Shown here: positions 13,322-24,658 of the stretch, piece after piece
How the letters are laid out: each line of letters opens with the position of its first letter
How positions within the stretch are numbered: position 1 is the first letter of the stretch
Source: Utricularia gibba
Taxonomy: Eukaryota; Plantae; Magnoliophyta
Length of the DNA: 64,000 nt
NCBI GenBank assembly: GCA_002189035.1
Contig: CM007992.1
Span: 682,001-746,000, forward strand
Direction: 5' to 3'
Translations under genes and position numbers: made by a program
Notes under the pieces: generated by a model
Databases searched by the model: none
What the model saw: the letters and a program-made list of their open reading frames with translations, nothing else
What the model was told of the DNA's origin: nothing

Positions 13322-14362
13322 GACGAATTTGAAGTGTAGGATTTTTTCCTTATTGTGTAGTGACACAAGGTATTAGACTAAACTCGTGATTGCTCTAGCT
13401 TCTGTAACTTACTACATGGAACCTCCTAGTTGATACTGCTGACAAGAGCATTGTGCCTATTCTTGCAACCTTTTGAGTACACATCTCTACATCGAACTAC
13501 ATCAGATCCTGCTATGTTACACAGAAATACATGCAACCTGATACAAATATGTCTTCACAGTTTCCTGATACCCGAACTTGGACCCTTTTCAATGTTCTTT
13601 GCCAATGTTGAGAATTTGACAGTATCCGTAGAAGAAGTGAGTATGAATCTGTACGAAAAATGTGGGTGGGGCGAGCTTGACTGATCAAGTTTCTGAAAGC
13701 ATTCCAGTCATGATGCCGATTCATGAACAGAGAAAGAACAAATCCCATCATCTATGGAGCAGCAACATGGCTGGAGGCCAAATGAGGTAGGTATTAACCC
13801 TTTGGACAGTAGTTCAGGACTTGGCCTTCAGGATGCATCTAGGCAAGAAACCATGGTTTTGTGTGTTATGTTTTGAAAATGGATTGAATTGAATCTATTA
13901 GGTTTAATTATGGATTTTGATTATTTTTTTTTATAATAGATTGAATGGGGTTTAATAATGTTTAATTACATTTTAAAAAATATGTAAAAAATTTAAAATT
14001 ATTATTTAAATAAATTAGATTGAATTTAATGTTAAATTGAATCTATAATTTTAAAATATCATCCATAAATAAATATTAATGTGAACATATGAAACATGTC
14101 ATTTTTTATTGGAAAATTATTAATTTAAAATATTAGAAAAATATGGAAAAATATGGAAATAAAACCAATTAAGGCGAAGCCCAGAAAATAACTGGGAGTC
14201 TCTTTTGAGCCCAGTTAAGCCCAATGCAGATGACACATGATGTTAATAGCAAGGTTTGGCCCAAATTACCGGCGGCGAGTAAATTGCTATCGGAATTGCT
14301 GCCGGCAAGCGGCGGTGGATTGGCAGGGAACTCAGAGTTGATCACCCTAGAAAATCGGAGGC

Positions 14363-17300
14363 ATGGGTAAGTTTCTCGATTAGACTTTTTTTAATTTCAT
14401 TTTTAGTCTCATTAGCATTCCCAAGGCTCCTATCTTCGCGTTTTGATGCCGTTGTGTTTTGTAAGAAGAGAGCGCAAGTGAAAAGTCTCGCAAGGAGCGG
14501 CGGAAAGAAGCCCGTTTGGCGAAGAATAAGAAGAAGTTTGACTCTTGGGTGCAGAAGCAGGTAATCCACAATGTTTAGCTTTTTTGGGTTGGAGAGTGAT
14601 TGAAATTGTCTACTTATTGCCGATAGAATGTGAATGTGCTTGTTGATGTGTCAGAAGAAGAAATCCTCGGTTGGGAGCAAGGAGAATCAGAAGAAACTGC
14701 CCAAGATTAAGGCCAAGACTGATGATCCTGAGCAATCTCCTGAATTGGACGATTTGAAAATGAACCAGGCAACCGAACTTAATCGCCCCGAGCGAGAACC
14801 GACTTCGAAAAAACGTTCCAGACCTGAGAAGCGGTTACGGGGAACTCGAAAAACTAAGTTTTTTGATTACCTTCAAAGGGAAATTGATGGAGACAAGATG
14901 TTGGCGGAGGAGGATATTGAGAATGAGAGGAGACTCGCTAAGAAACTAAAGCTGAAGAATGGGAGGTTAGGCATGGCCGATGATGACCTTGGTAGTCTAC
15001 TTGAAGGAATACCATCAGTTTTGGAGAATCCTAAGAAAATCCAGGAACTTCACAACACTTCTGCGATTGCATCTCCAGCGGAGAGTGATGGTGATGATGA
15101 TGATGTGAATTCTTTAGTTGAAGATTTAGATGATGAGATATCTTCTGATGAGAGTTATGGCAGCAGTGTTCAGTATAGTGATGAGGATACTAACCTTTTC
15201 TCTGAATCTGGTGAGATGTTGGGAGAAGATGGTTATGACATGGGTACATTGTCTGCAAATCCTTTGGACGGCATCAAGACAGATAATTTTGTGGAGTTGA
15301 AGAAAGACACTAGCAATGAGACATTAGGTAACTAAGCTTGATGATTCACCAAGTTCAAATGTGTATAAATTTGAAGCATTGTCCCCTTGCTCTTTTTACA
15401 TGGAAGACTTGTTTGGTCAGGTAAATATGTTGCTCCTCATCTCCGGTCACATAGAAGTAATGAATCTGGTGAATATGTTCAAATGCGAAATAAACTACGC
15501 GGTATCTTCTCATTTCTTGAAAGTCTTGTCATTGCACCCTTCTGTGGGTTCAATATTTACTCTCTAACTACTTTCCCTTAATCTGCAGGGATCCTGGGCA
15601 AGCTTTCTATAACCAACCTTGAGGAAACCACCAGCAATATTTCTAGCCTGTTTCGTGTAAGCACCAAATTAATGTTTTCCATATGTGTGATCTGAATGCC
15701 CGTTATAAGGTTGAGAAGGAACTTTTATTACATTTCAAGTTGAAAACCTTTTTTTTTTTACTCTTATATTTTGTTACTTCAAAATTGTAGTCAATTGAGC
15801 GCAGTGCTGGTTCTGAAATCATCAGTGAAGAGGTTATTTCTTCATATATGAGTGGATCTTGTGCTAATGAACAGTTAAGAACGTTACTCCATTTTTTTGT
15901 TGTTTATTGTTTTTCAAGCCGCATTTTTTTGTCTCCTCCCTGTGATGCGAGCAATAGTGAATTATCCACATTTTTGTCACACTGAACTGTTTTGTTGCTG
16001 AAGGTATGCGGCTATTCTTGCTGCATTTGTTGCTGGAATGGCCTGTTCTGTTGGGATAGAGCTTGGTGCTAAACTTCTCTCTCGCCTTGCAAAGTCTTTT
16101 GAGGTGCTGTGTGTTTGGATTTTACTACAGAAAATTTTACTTGTAATGTCACAATTTGTGTGAATATAAGAGGAATATCGAACAGTGACTGTTCTCAGGT
16201 TGTTCAACACTTTGCTTTTATGTTTAACGTACAGGAGGAGTGTTTGAAAGAAGGCTCAAAGAAAATTGCTCTTTTCCTTTCCTATTTGTATGTGGTTGGA
16301 GTTTGTTCAAGGTAAATTTAATGCCAGACTGTGTACGTTGAACGTTTTCCTAACTAGCTCCAATTTATGCTTTTTATTATGAGAAATTTTCATCATCTTT
16401 CTATTTAATCTTATTTGATGATTATCTCTTGGAAATTTTGTTTTTCCTTTTTTTAAAACATGATATGATTATGCATTGATTTGCATTCCGACCTCAGATA
16501 ATCTCCATTTCTGATTATTTCAGTGAGTTGATATATGATTTCGTGGTAATGCTTGGCAAAAGGTTGACAGAGGTCGATGTTTCTAATATTGTGACAGTCC
16601 TGCAGTGTAAGCGAACGCCAATTTTTCCCTTCACATCATTGTTTACTGTGTAACATCTCGGAAATGCTTTAACCATTGCTTATGACAGGTTGTGGGATGA
16701 AACTGAGAGGTAGTGATCCTGTTGGCATGAAAAACTTCATTTCCAGTGTTCAGATTCGTGCAAATGGATTGAAAGCCTCATCTGTCGATGGAAAATCGAA
16801 TACTTACAACACAAGGGTAATTTGAATTTTGAGGATAGTCTTCATACACGTGCATGTTTTTTGCATTTATTTTGAATTCTCGAATTTAGGTTGAGCACAT
16901 GATTCAAACGATAAGTGACATAAAGAACAACAGACAAAGGTCAAAAGAAGACCCTCTTCAACATAGTAAGATCATGGATTGGCTGCAAAAGGTTTGCCAT
17001 TTTACTTCATTCCTGCTTGATTTCACCTTCAAATAAAAAAGACAACCAATGAGGATGGTTGTATAATGGTTGTTTGCTGCGATGCAACTTGCAAATGGCC
17101 TCATAAACGGTCTTGATGTGCATGACTATTTGATGTTGTCTGTGAAGTAAGCTTGAATTTATTTGTCTCCCAGCTCCGAATAGAAGATATTTCACTACGT
17201 GGTTTGACATGGCAAAAGCTCCTGGATCCAAACAAGAAAGGGCAATGGTGGTTGTCTGCGAACATAGACATAGCTTCAACTTTGGACAAGAGCAGAGATT

Positions 17301-18163
17301 TCAAAACTTCATTTAATCAAGAGAACCATGAAACAACAAAGATGCTTGAGATTGCGGCATCACAAGGGATGAATACTGATGCCAGGAGGGCAATTTTCTG
17401 TGTGATTATGTTTGGAGCTGAGGACCCTGTTGACGCCTTTGAGAATCTTCTGAGATTAAAGTTGTCTGGAAAGCAGGTAAAAATCCATGATTTAAACCAC
17501 CAGCCCGTCATTTTTTTTCTTAAAAAAATCAAATGAAAACTGTCTTATCATTTCTATCTTTTGCTCAAGCTCAGGATCGAGAGATTATGCGGGTGCTCGT
17601 GCATTGCTGTCTCGAAGAGAAAGTATTTAACAAGTATTTTTGCATTCTTGCGTCTAAATTATGCAGCTTTGATAGAAACCACAAAGCGTCGTTGCAGGTA
17701 ACTCCTTTTTGCTTTCATCCCATTAAACCACCCCTTTTTCCCTTTCATCTCTTACCATTCATCAATGGAACGTTGATGAAACTCTGTGATGCAGTACTGC
17801 CTGTGGGATCATTTCAAGGAGTTGGACAACATGCCACTGCGCAAATCAGTAAACTTATCAGAATTCACGGCAGAAATGATAGCATCATTCACCCTCTCAC
17901 TCACAGTTTTGAAGGTGGTAGACTTGGATGACCCTGCTCACTTGAGTCCCAAAAAGGCATTTCATTTCGGATTGCTATTCAAGAAGCTGTTAGAATTTCC
18001 TGATGAGCTTGTTTCAAAAATCTTCACCCGCATTGCCATGCTTCCGGACTGCGAGCCCCTAAGAAGTGGGATCGAATTCTTTATCAGAGAATATGTTCTA
18101 AGGGATCACAAGCCCTTGGCAAAGAAGTTTCAGTTGGCCAGGAGAGCCCTCAAACAATGCTGA
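14363..18163 (+). CDS. NOM1: Nucleolar MIF4G domain-containing protein 1 (NOM1/Sgd1; MIF4G plus MA3), about 13 exons
   Basis: ATG G|gtaagt start, then EESASEKSRKERRKEARLAKNKKK; GKYVAPHLR; LRGLTWQKLLDPNKKGQWWLS; GMNTDARRAIFCVIM; QDREIMRVLVHCCLEEKVFNKYF; YCLWDHFKEL. Introns GT-AG and in phase. The exact C-terminus is uncertain (see findings). Confidence 0.92.
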
Positions 18164-18257
18164 AAATGTTTTTATCTTGTTTCCTATGAAGAGGAAGCGA
18201 AATTGCTCATTCAAATGATGAAATACAACAGTAAGAAAAGTGCCTATTTGGGGATCT

Positions 18258-18578
18258 TCAACTTCCACCATCTTTGGCTTTGCGTCCAGTTCCAGATTCA
18301 TTTGTTCCTGCCATGGGTAAGTAATACTGGAAGCCTCTTCCTGCAGTAGGGAAATTGAACTGATTCCCATTAGATTGCTCTCCAAAACCAGATCTCCCAG
18401 CAGCAGCAGCTTCCTGCATCCCTGGAGCACCATGCAGTCTCATACTCCCAGCGGTAACTGATCCATGCTGCTGCATCCTTGAAGCCCCGTACAACTGCCC
18501 TGGAAACTGAAACTGATCTCCACCGGGCACCGGTTGCATAGCTTCACCTGGAAAACACTTCTCCGGGTTAGAGATCAT
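18258..18578 (-). CDS. Orphan Gly/Gln/Ala-rich ORF, 106 aa, function unknown
   Basis: ATG in AACAAATG context after a pyrimidine-rich leader; GC-richer than its flanks; no family recognised. Confidence 0.3.
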   Translation of the reverse strand: MISNPEKCFPGEAMQPVPGGDQFQFPGQLYGASRMQQHGSVTAGSMRLHGAPGMQEAAAAGRSGFGEQSNGNQFNFPTAGRGFQYYLPMAGTNESGTGRKAKDGGS

Positions 18579-18685
18579 TTGTTGGTTTCTGAACTTGACA
18601 AAAGATAGAATCTGTTGAAATTTAGAGGAAGATGATACTGGGGGAAGATTTTTCTAATTAAATAGTGTTTTTTAAAAATTAAAAA

Positions 18686-19284
18686 TTATTTTAAAATGCG
18701 AGAAATGGTATCTAAAAAGAAAAGGAAGAAGAAATGGCCTAAAGCATGAGCAAGATTCGGCGAACTCGTCCCAGGTGCATTGCACAGCTCCTTCATCCTC
18801 TTCCTCAGCCTGCCCTGGAACCCACTCCACCATGAAATCCACTCCTTCACCTGCTCCTTCCTCAGGCTGTCCACCGGCTGCGACCACCACCCTCTCCGCC
18901 GCGTCCCCGCCATGTCATCCAGCGCCTTCTCCCGCTGCCTCACCCTCTGCTTCTCATCCAGTATCGCGTCCAGCGTCACGTTGCAGCTCTGGATTCGCGC
19001 GTGGCAATACCCCTCCGCCTCCCCTCCGCGCTCCCCCCCGGCGTCCCCGGGCTCCGGTACCTTCCCAAGGCGGCTTCCATCGTGGGGCTGAAGAACGAGT
19101 AGGGCGCGTCCGTCGGCGAGAAGATAATTATCCCCACGTTCACCCCGCAGAGAGTGCAGAGCTCGCTGGCCTTCTTGTAGAGCCCAAGGCGGCGCTTCGA
19201 GAAGGTAGCGTACATGTCGTCCTGGCTCTCAATCCGCTGGATCGGAATCCTCTGCCGGCCCCGCGTCCGCCGGCCGGTGGACAT
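18686..19284 (-). CDS. Type I (M-alpha) MADS-box factor, AGL61/AGL62-like, intronless; one-base frameshift
   Basis: MSTGRRTRGRQRIPIQRIESQDDMYATFSKRRLGLYKKASELCTLCGVNVGIIIFSPTDAPYSFFSP. Adding one G near 19033-19039 joins it to AEGYCHARIQSCNVTLDAILDEKQRVR...RRRGWWSQPVDSL, the WW-x-P-V/I motif of this clade. Confidence 0.9.
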
Positions 19285-20525
19285 GGTAAGGGTGTGGGGA
19301 ATGCACGGAAGGGGGCGGGATTTGCTATTTGTAGTAAAAGAAAAGGGCGTCTTGGTTACTATAGATGCATGCATACATACACCTAAATCCTGGTTACTTA
19401 AAACGTAATTAGCGAGTTAATTAGGATTACGTGGAAAAGGTTGAATAAGGCGTGTGGGGTAATTGTGGATTCCCAAAATAGCATAATAATATAAAAAAAA
19501 ATCCCCAAAACATCTCAAATTAATTTATAGCCCCATATTCGGTAGGTTTTTTTTCACACATTTATCTTAATAATTATATTGTTTTTTATTATTTAAGACA
19601 CTATTTTAATCATATTTATCAAAAACTTTTATTTTGCATGAATTTTATTAATCAAATGAGTTATATTCTTTTTAAAATATATTCTAAATATTATATATAT
19701 ATTTGTAAAATTTATTTAATTATAATGATACAATATGTATTTATCTAAAAACATAATTTTTTAAATATATAATCAACTAAACATATAAATCAATTAAAAT
19801 AAATTTCCTTAATATTTGAAAAGATTTGAATAATCTGATGGGAGTGTTGTGTAAATTGAATTTTTTTTAAAGTAATTTTATTTAATTTGGTAAATGAAAA
19901 TTAGAAATTTAGGTCATAAGAATAATTTAAATAATTATCGAATTTGTTGAATCTCGGATTTGGTGATTAATATAATATGCTCAATATCACTAAATTGATT
20001 TGAATAGAGATTAGATGAAAAATCCCACTCTCCATCGGACTATGAAACAAATGTCCTCAGAAAATATATGTGATTTTAATTTAAAATAAAATTTTTAATA
20101 CAATAATTAAGTTAAAAATCCCCGTATTTTTAATCGTATTGTAAAAATGGTATACTAATCGAATCCTATTGTAAACAAGGTAAAAATCTTTAGAATAAAA
20201 ATAGCAAAAAAAAAAACTTTTGTTTCCTAAAATAACCTGAGGAAGGGCTGGATAGCATTTTGTTGGCGGCTGGGTTTTTGAAATTTTTTCATAAATAATA
20301 AATAAAAAAATAAAATTGAGAAACTCCCCTGCAAAAGGAAAATGAAATATGAGAAATGCAAAGGGGAACCAAAAGTATGAAGCTTGCCCCAATTGTTAGG
20401 GGTGCAGGAAGGTGTCCGAAACCCTAGACAAGATCCTCCTCCTCCCAAAAATTAATGATTCGTGGGATTATTGGATCAAGGTTTCTGTTTCGGGGCTCAA
20501 TTAACAGGAAATTGCAAGTTTTTAA

Positions 20526-23500
20526 ATGCATGTGGCGGCGCATCTTAACTGGTTCTTGCAAGGCGTAGTGTTGGCAGTCGCCGCTGCTCTGGGATTGGTG
20601 ATCTTGGTACGGAAAGCCGCGTCAAGGTACTTTGTGGTGGATTCCAATTTCGGCTCCTCTGTTGCCGCCGATTCCTCGTCATTGGGTCGTAGGAAAGGTG
20701 AGAGTATGGGGCAAGTTGGTGATGATGCCGCCGTGGGCTCTTATACCTGTGCTGCTTGCGGCCTTGTCGGGAAGAAACAATGTGCAGGTTGTAAGCTGGT
20801 TAAATACTGGTACGTGCTATTGATTACCGGTTTGTTTTTCTGTTGATTGGATTATTTACAAGAATCGACACCAAACTCCAAGAATATCTCTGGTTGTGGT
20901 GATTTTCGATGCCTTTGAAATGTCCAGCTCCGAAGATTGCCAAAGATCGCACTGGAAATCTGAGCACAAGGATAAATGCCTGAAATTTCAATCCGAGCAC
21001 AAGAATAAATCTAATTCCATTATGGGGGAAAAAAGGGCTGCTACTGATCGTGCGGGTAAGGCCCCCAAGATTCTAAAACCGTCAAACAAGGTATTGCAAT
21101 GAGTACCTTCCTGGCCTTACTGCCATCATCTAATCGCTTCGTGATTGTTAAGGATTTATTCTTTCATTCAGATACTTTTCCCCTATGAAGAGTTTGTGCG
21201 ATTTTTCAATTGGGACAAGCTAGATTTTCCCCCATGTGGGCTCTTAAACTGTGGAAATAGGTCAGTTATTTTTCTATCTGTATTGTTCTTTCCGTGTATC
21301 CTATCATATCACCTACCATAATCTTGTGTTCCTTGTTCGCAGCTGCTTTGCTAACGTGGTGCTTCAGTGTCTTGCATACACCCGGTCACTTGTTGCCTAC
21401 TTGTTGGTGAAGGGACATCGAATAGATTGTAATTCATTTTAATAAAAGCTTTAATCTTTGTACATATCTCAGTGAATATGTCATCTTATGAGCAATTGTT
21501 CTCACATTTTTATACCTCCAGGTCAGAGGGATGATTGGTGCTTTCTTTGTGAACTTCAGAATCATGTGGAAAGAGCTGTGCAGAGTTTACATCCTTTTTC
21601 ACCTATGAACATTCTGTCAAGATTGCCCAACATTGGTGGTAATCTTGACCACGGGAAGCAGGAGGATGCCCATGAATTTATGAGGTATTAATTGAAAATG
21701 GGTGTGTCAGCATTGTTGGTGGTTAATCAAATACAATTTTTTCGCAGATTTGCCATTGATACAATGCAGTCGGTGTGCCTAGATGAGTTTGGTGGAGAAA
21801 AAGTTGTTCTTCCAAAGTACCAAGAGACAACGTTGATTCAACATATTTTTGGTGGTCGTCTTCGATCTCAGGTATAGTGAGAGCTAAACTTAAACTTCCA
21901 ATTGAACGTCTTCAATCTCAGGTGTAAATAAAGCTTTCGTTTGCGTTATTGTCATATTGTTGCTCATGAGATGCATGTGCTGTAATAGAATTTATAACTT
22001 GGTAAAGGACAACAGATCAATGAGATCATATTCTTGCTATTTCCATGATTTCTTCCTGTATCTTTACTTCAATGTTTTTTCAATATTAGGTCATATGTAC
22101 GCAGTGCAATAATGTTTCAAACCAGTTTGAAAACATGATGGATTTAACTGTTGAAATCCATGGAGATGCTGGTTCATTAGAAGAATGTTTGGATCAGTTC
22201 ACTGCAAAGGAGAGACTTCATGGAGATAATATGTATAAATGTGATAGGTGAGCTTAGTTTGGCTAATCCGTTTTTCTTCACTTTACCTCTCCCAGGGCCA
22301 GTAGCTCTAAGTTGTAGTCAGAGGAATATGATTGGGAGGTTTTTTCCTGAAGTTCAGAGGAAAAAAATGTAAATTTTATAGCAGTATGTGACGTTTCACT
22401 AACAGAAATAGTCGCCTTGCAGCTGCAACGCTTATGTCACGGCTTGGAAGCGCCTCACTGTTCAGCAAGCACCAAATATTCTTACAATCGCATTGAAAAG
22501 ATTTCAGGTCTGCTATTCTCATCTCCTTTCTTGCAACGATTGACATAGGAATGAAATATGAGGATCCTTTCTTAGGATTCATGATCTCTTGAAACGTTCT
22601 GCAGTTTGGTAGCTGGTCAACTTTTTGTGTTTTGATGTTTCCAGGCTATAACTCTCTGCTTCTCTTGTGATCATTGTTATTGTATTCATCATTTTTTCTG
22701 TAGAGTGGGAGATTCGGCAAACTTAATAAAAGGGTGACCTTCCCCGAGACATTGGATCTCCGACCATATATGAGTGAATTGGAAGATGGAAATGATGTTT
22801 ACAGGCTGTATGCTGTTATTGTTCACGTGGACATGCTCAATGCATCATTCTTTGGTCATTACATTTGTTATGTTAAGGACTTTCATGGGAATTGGCACAG
22901 GATTGATGATTGTAAGGTAATCTGTCTTTACGACATGTATGCATTTTGGTACATCATGTTTTTATTGTTTCATGTATGCTTTTTGGTACATCATGTTTTT
23001 ATTGTTTCATGTATGCTTTTTGGTACATTTTGCGTGATGTGGTATGCTGTATATGCTTAAAACTCGTTTCCTTTTCTTACTTCATCCTCAGGTGGCTAGC
23101 GTCGAATTGGATGAAGTGCTTTCACAGGGCGCTTACATGCTCCTCTATAGCAGGTGAATGTTGTCATTTTTTCTGGAGTTCTATGCTTCAATCACATGCA
23201 CTCGATGGATCAAATGGAGCTAATTTTTTTTCAGCGTAGTCTGTGGGATACCTACCCATTTTATGGGTTATGCAAGAATTGTGATTCATAGTCGGGGGAT
23301 TTTGTAGGGTTATGTGATGTTAATTTGATGCCACTGGTTGTGACTCACTATTTTGTTTGTAGGTTTAGGTGGTGAGATGTCTAATTTCAAACATATTTGT
23401 GTGACAGGGTTTCTGCTCGTCCATCATGTTTACTCCCCACCGATATGTTAAGGAGCATGAATAGTGAAAGTGAAAGTATCAATGAAGCTGGCCTTCAACC

Positions 23501-24143
23501 TTTGCGGAATTCAGCTGATGAAAACTTGCTTGATGAGATGTGCTATGATAGCCCGCCCAAATGTAATGGGCAACTTTCATCTGAGAGTTCTTCGGAACCC
23601 ATGGTGATTTCCACAGAAGCATTTCCCTCCGACCCAGAAGGCGACACATCTGGGAATCAGAATGTGCTCATCACTGAATCTGGCTCTCCAACTGGTGTGC
23701 TGGACGCTGAAATTGACAAATCTATGTCACTATCTACTTCAGAAGATGAAGGTGTTCCTGCCGTGATTCTTGACAATCAGATGTGGGATGCGGCCACCTC
23801 TTCATTGATAGATACGGCATCCCAACCACCCGAAGTCCAGGAGTCATCTTCTCTGATTCCTGTCATAGGGGACACTAGCGAAGGTTCAAAAACCGATGTC
23901 CATGGAGGCTTGACGGCAAGGTTGAATGAAGAATCTACTACCAGCATATGTGAAGTTTCACCACGAGTTGATGTCGATAATTCCAGTGCTTCGTCTCCAT
24001 CTTCAACTGAAGATGTGCTGAAAGGAAATGGAACTGCCGAAGGTGTAAGGAAATCGAGTAGCGGAAGTCCAAAGTTCAAGCCATTGTTTCAACCTGGATT
24101 CCTTGGAAAGCCGCCTCAGAGAAGATCTGCTATCAGGACTTGA
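20526..24143 (+). CDS. UBP18: Ubiquitin carboxyl-terminal hydrolase with MYND zinc finger (UBP18/UBP19-like), 11 exons
   Basis: N-terminal TM segment; [21 protein letters not shown]; Cys box [11 protein letters not shown]|[10 protein letters not shown]; [11 protein letters not shown]; His box [21 protein letters not shown]; GAYMLLYSR. Stop position taken from the ORF track. Confidence 0.94.
22934..23028. repeat. 37-bp tandem repeat, about 2.6 copies, in a UBP18 intron
   Basis: Unit CATGTATGC(A/T)TTTTGGTACATCATGTTTTTATTGTTT at 22934 and 22971, partial copy at 23008. Confidence 0.9.
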
Positions 24144-24658
24144 GCAGAAAGGCATGATCCAAACCCGAGCTTGGCACTGCAGATGATCAGTAGGAACCAC
24201 GATCTAACAGAACCACCCTAGATACTGCCACAATTCATCATACAAGTGTTGGCACCCCAGATGGAGATAGTTCACCGGAACATGATTGTTTTCCCTTTTC
24301 AAGGGTCAGAAACCGTATTAATTCTTTCTTCATGCTTGATGATGCTCCCATCTCCACAAATGGATGGTGATGAGTGGCTAGATGTTGCATTTTTGGTATA
24401 ACTGCTCCTGTTTTTTGTCCATACTTGGTATTTTGATGGTTGGTTGATCATTTGAGTTTTAGTTATGAATCACAAGAAGGGCTCAACTTTCTGTGTAGGT
24501 TATACTTTACTTGCATCTCTTAAAAAAGAAAAGCAAAAAGCAGCCGGTTGCAAAATTGCCATGTCACTGCGCTGGTGGCTCCTGGTTCTATATATCAGCA
24601 CTTCTCCACTTCCTTTTCTCCCCCTTTCCACAAATCTTTATTGTTAAGCAACGGCTCC

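Noticed and set aside
18775-19408. 203-aa and 103-aa plus-strand ORFs opposite the MADS gene
   Set aside because: Antisense shadows of GC-rich coding sequence.
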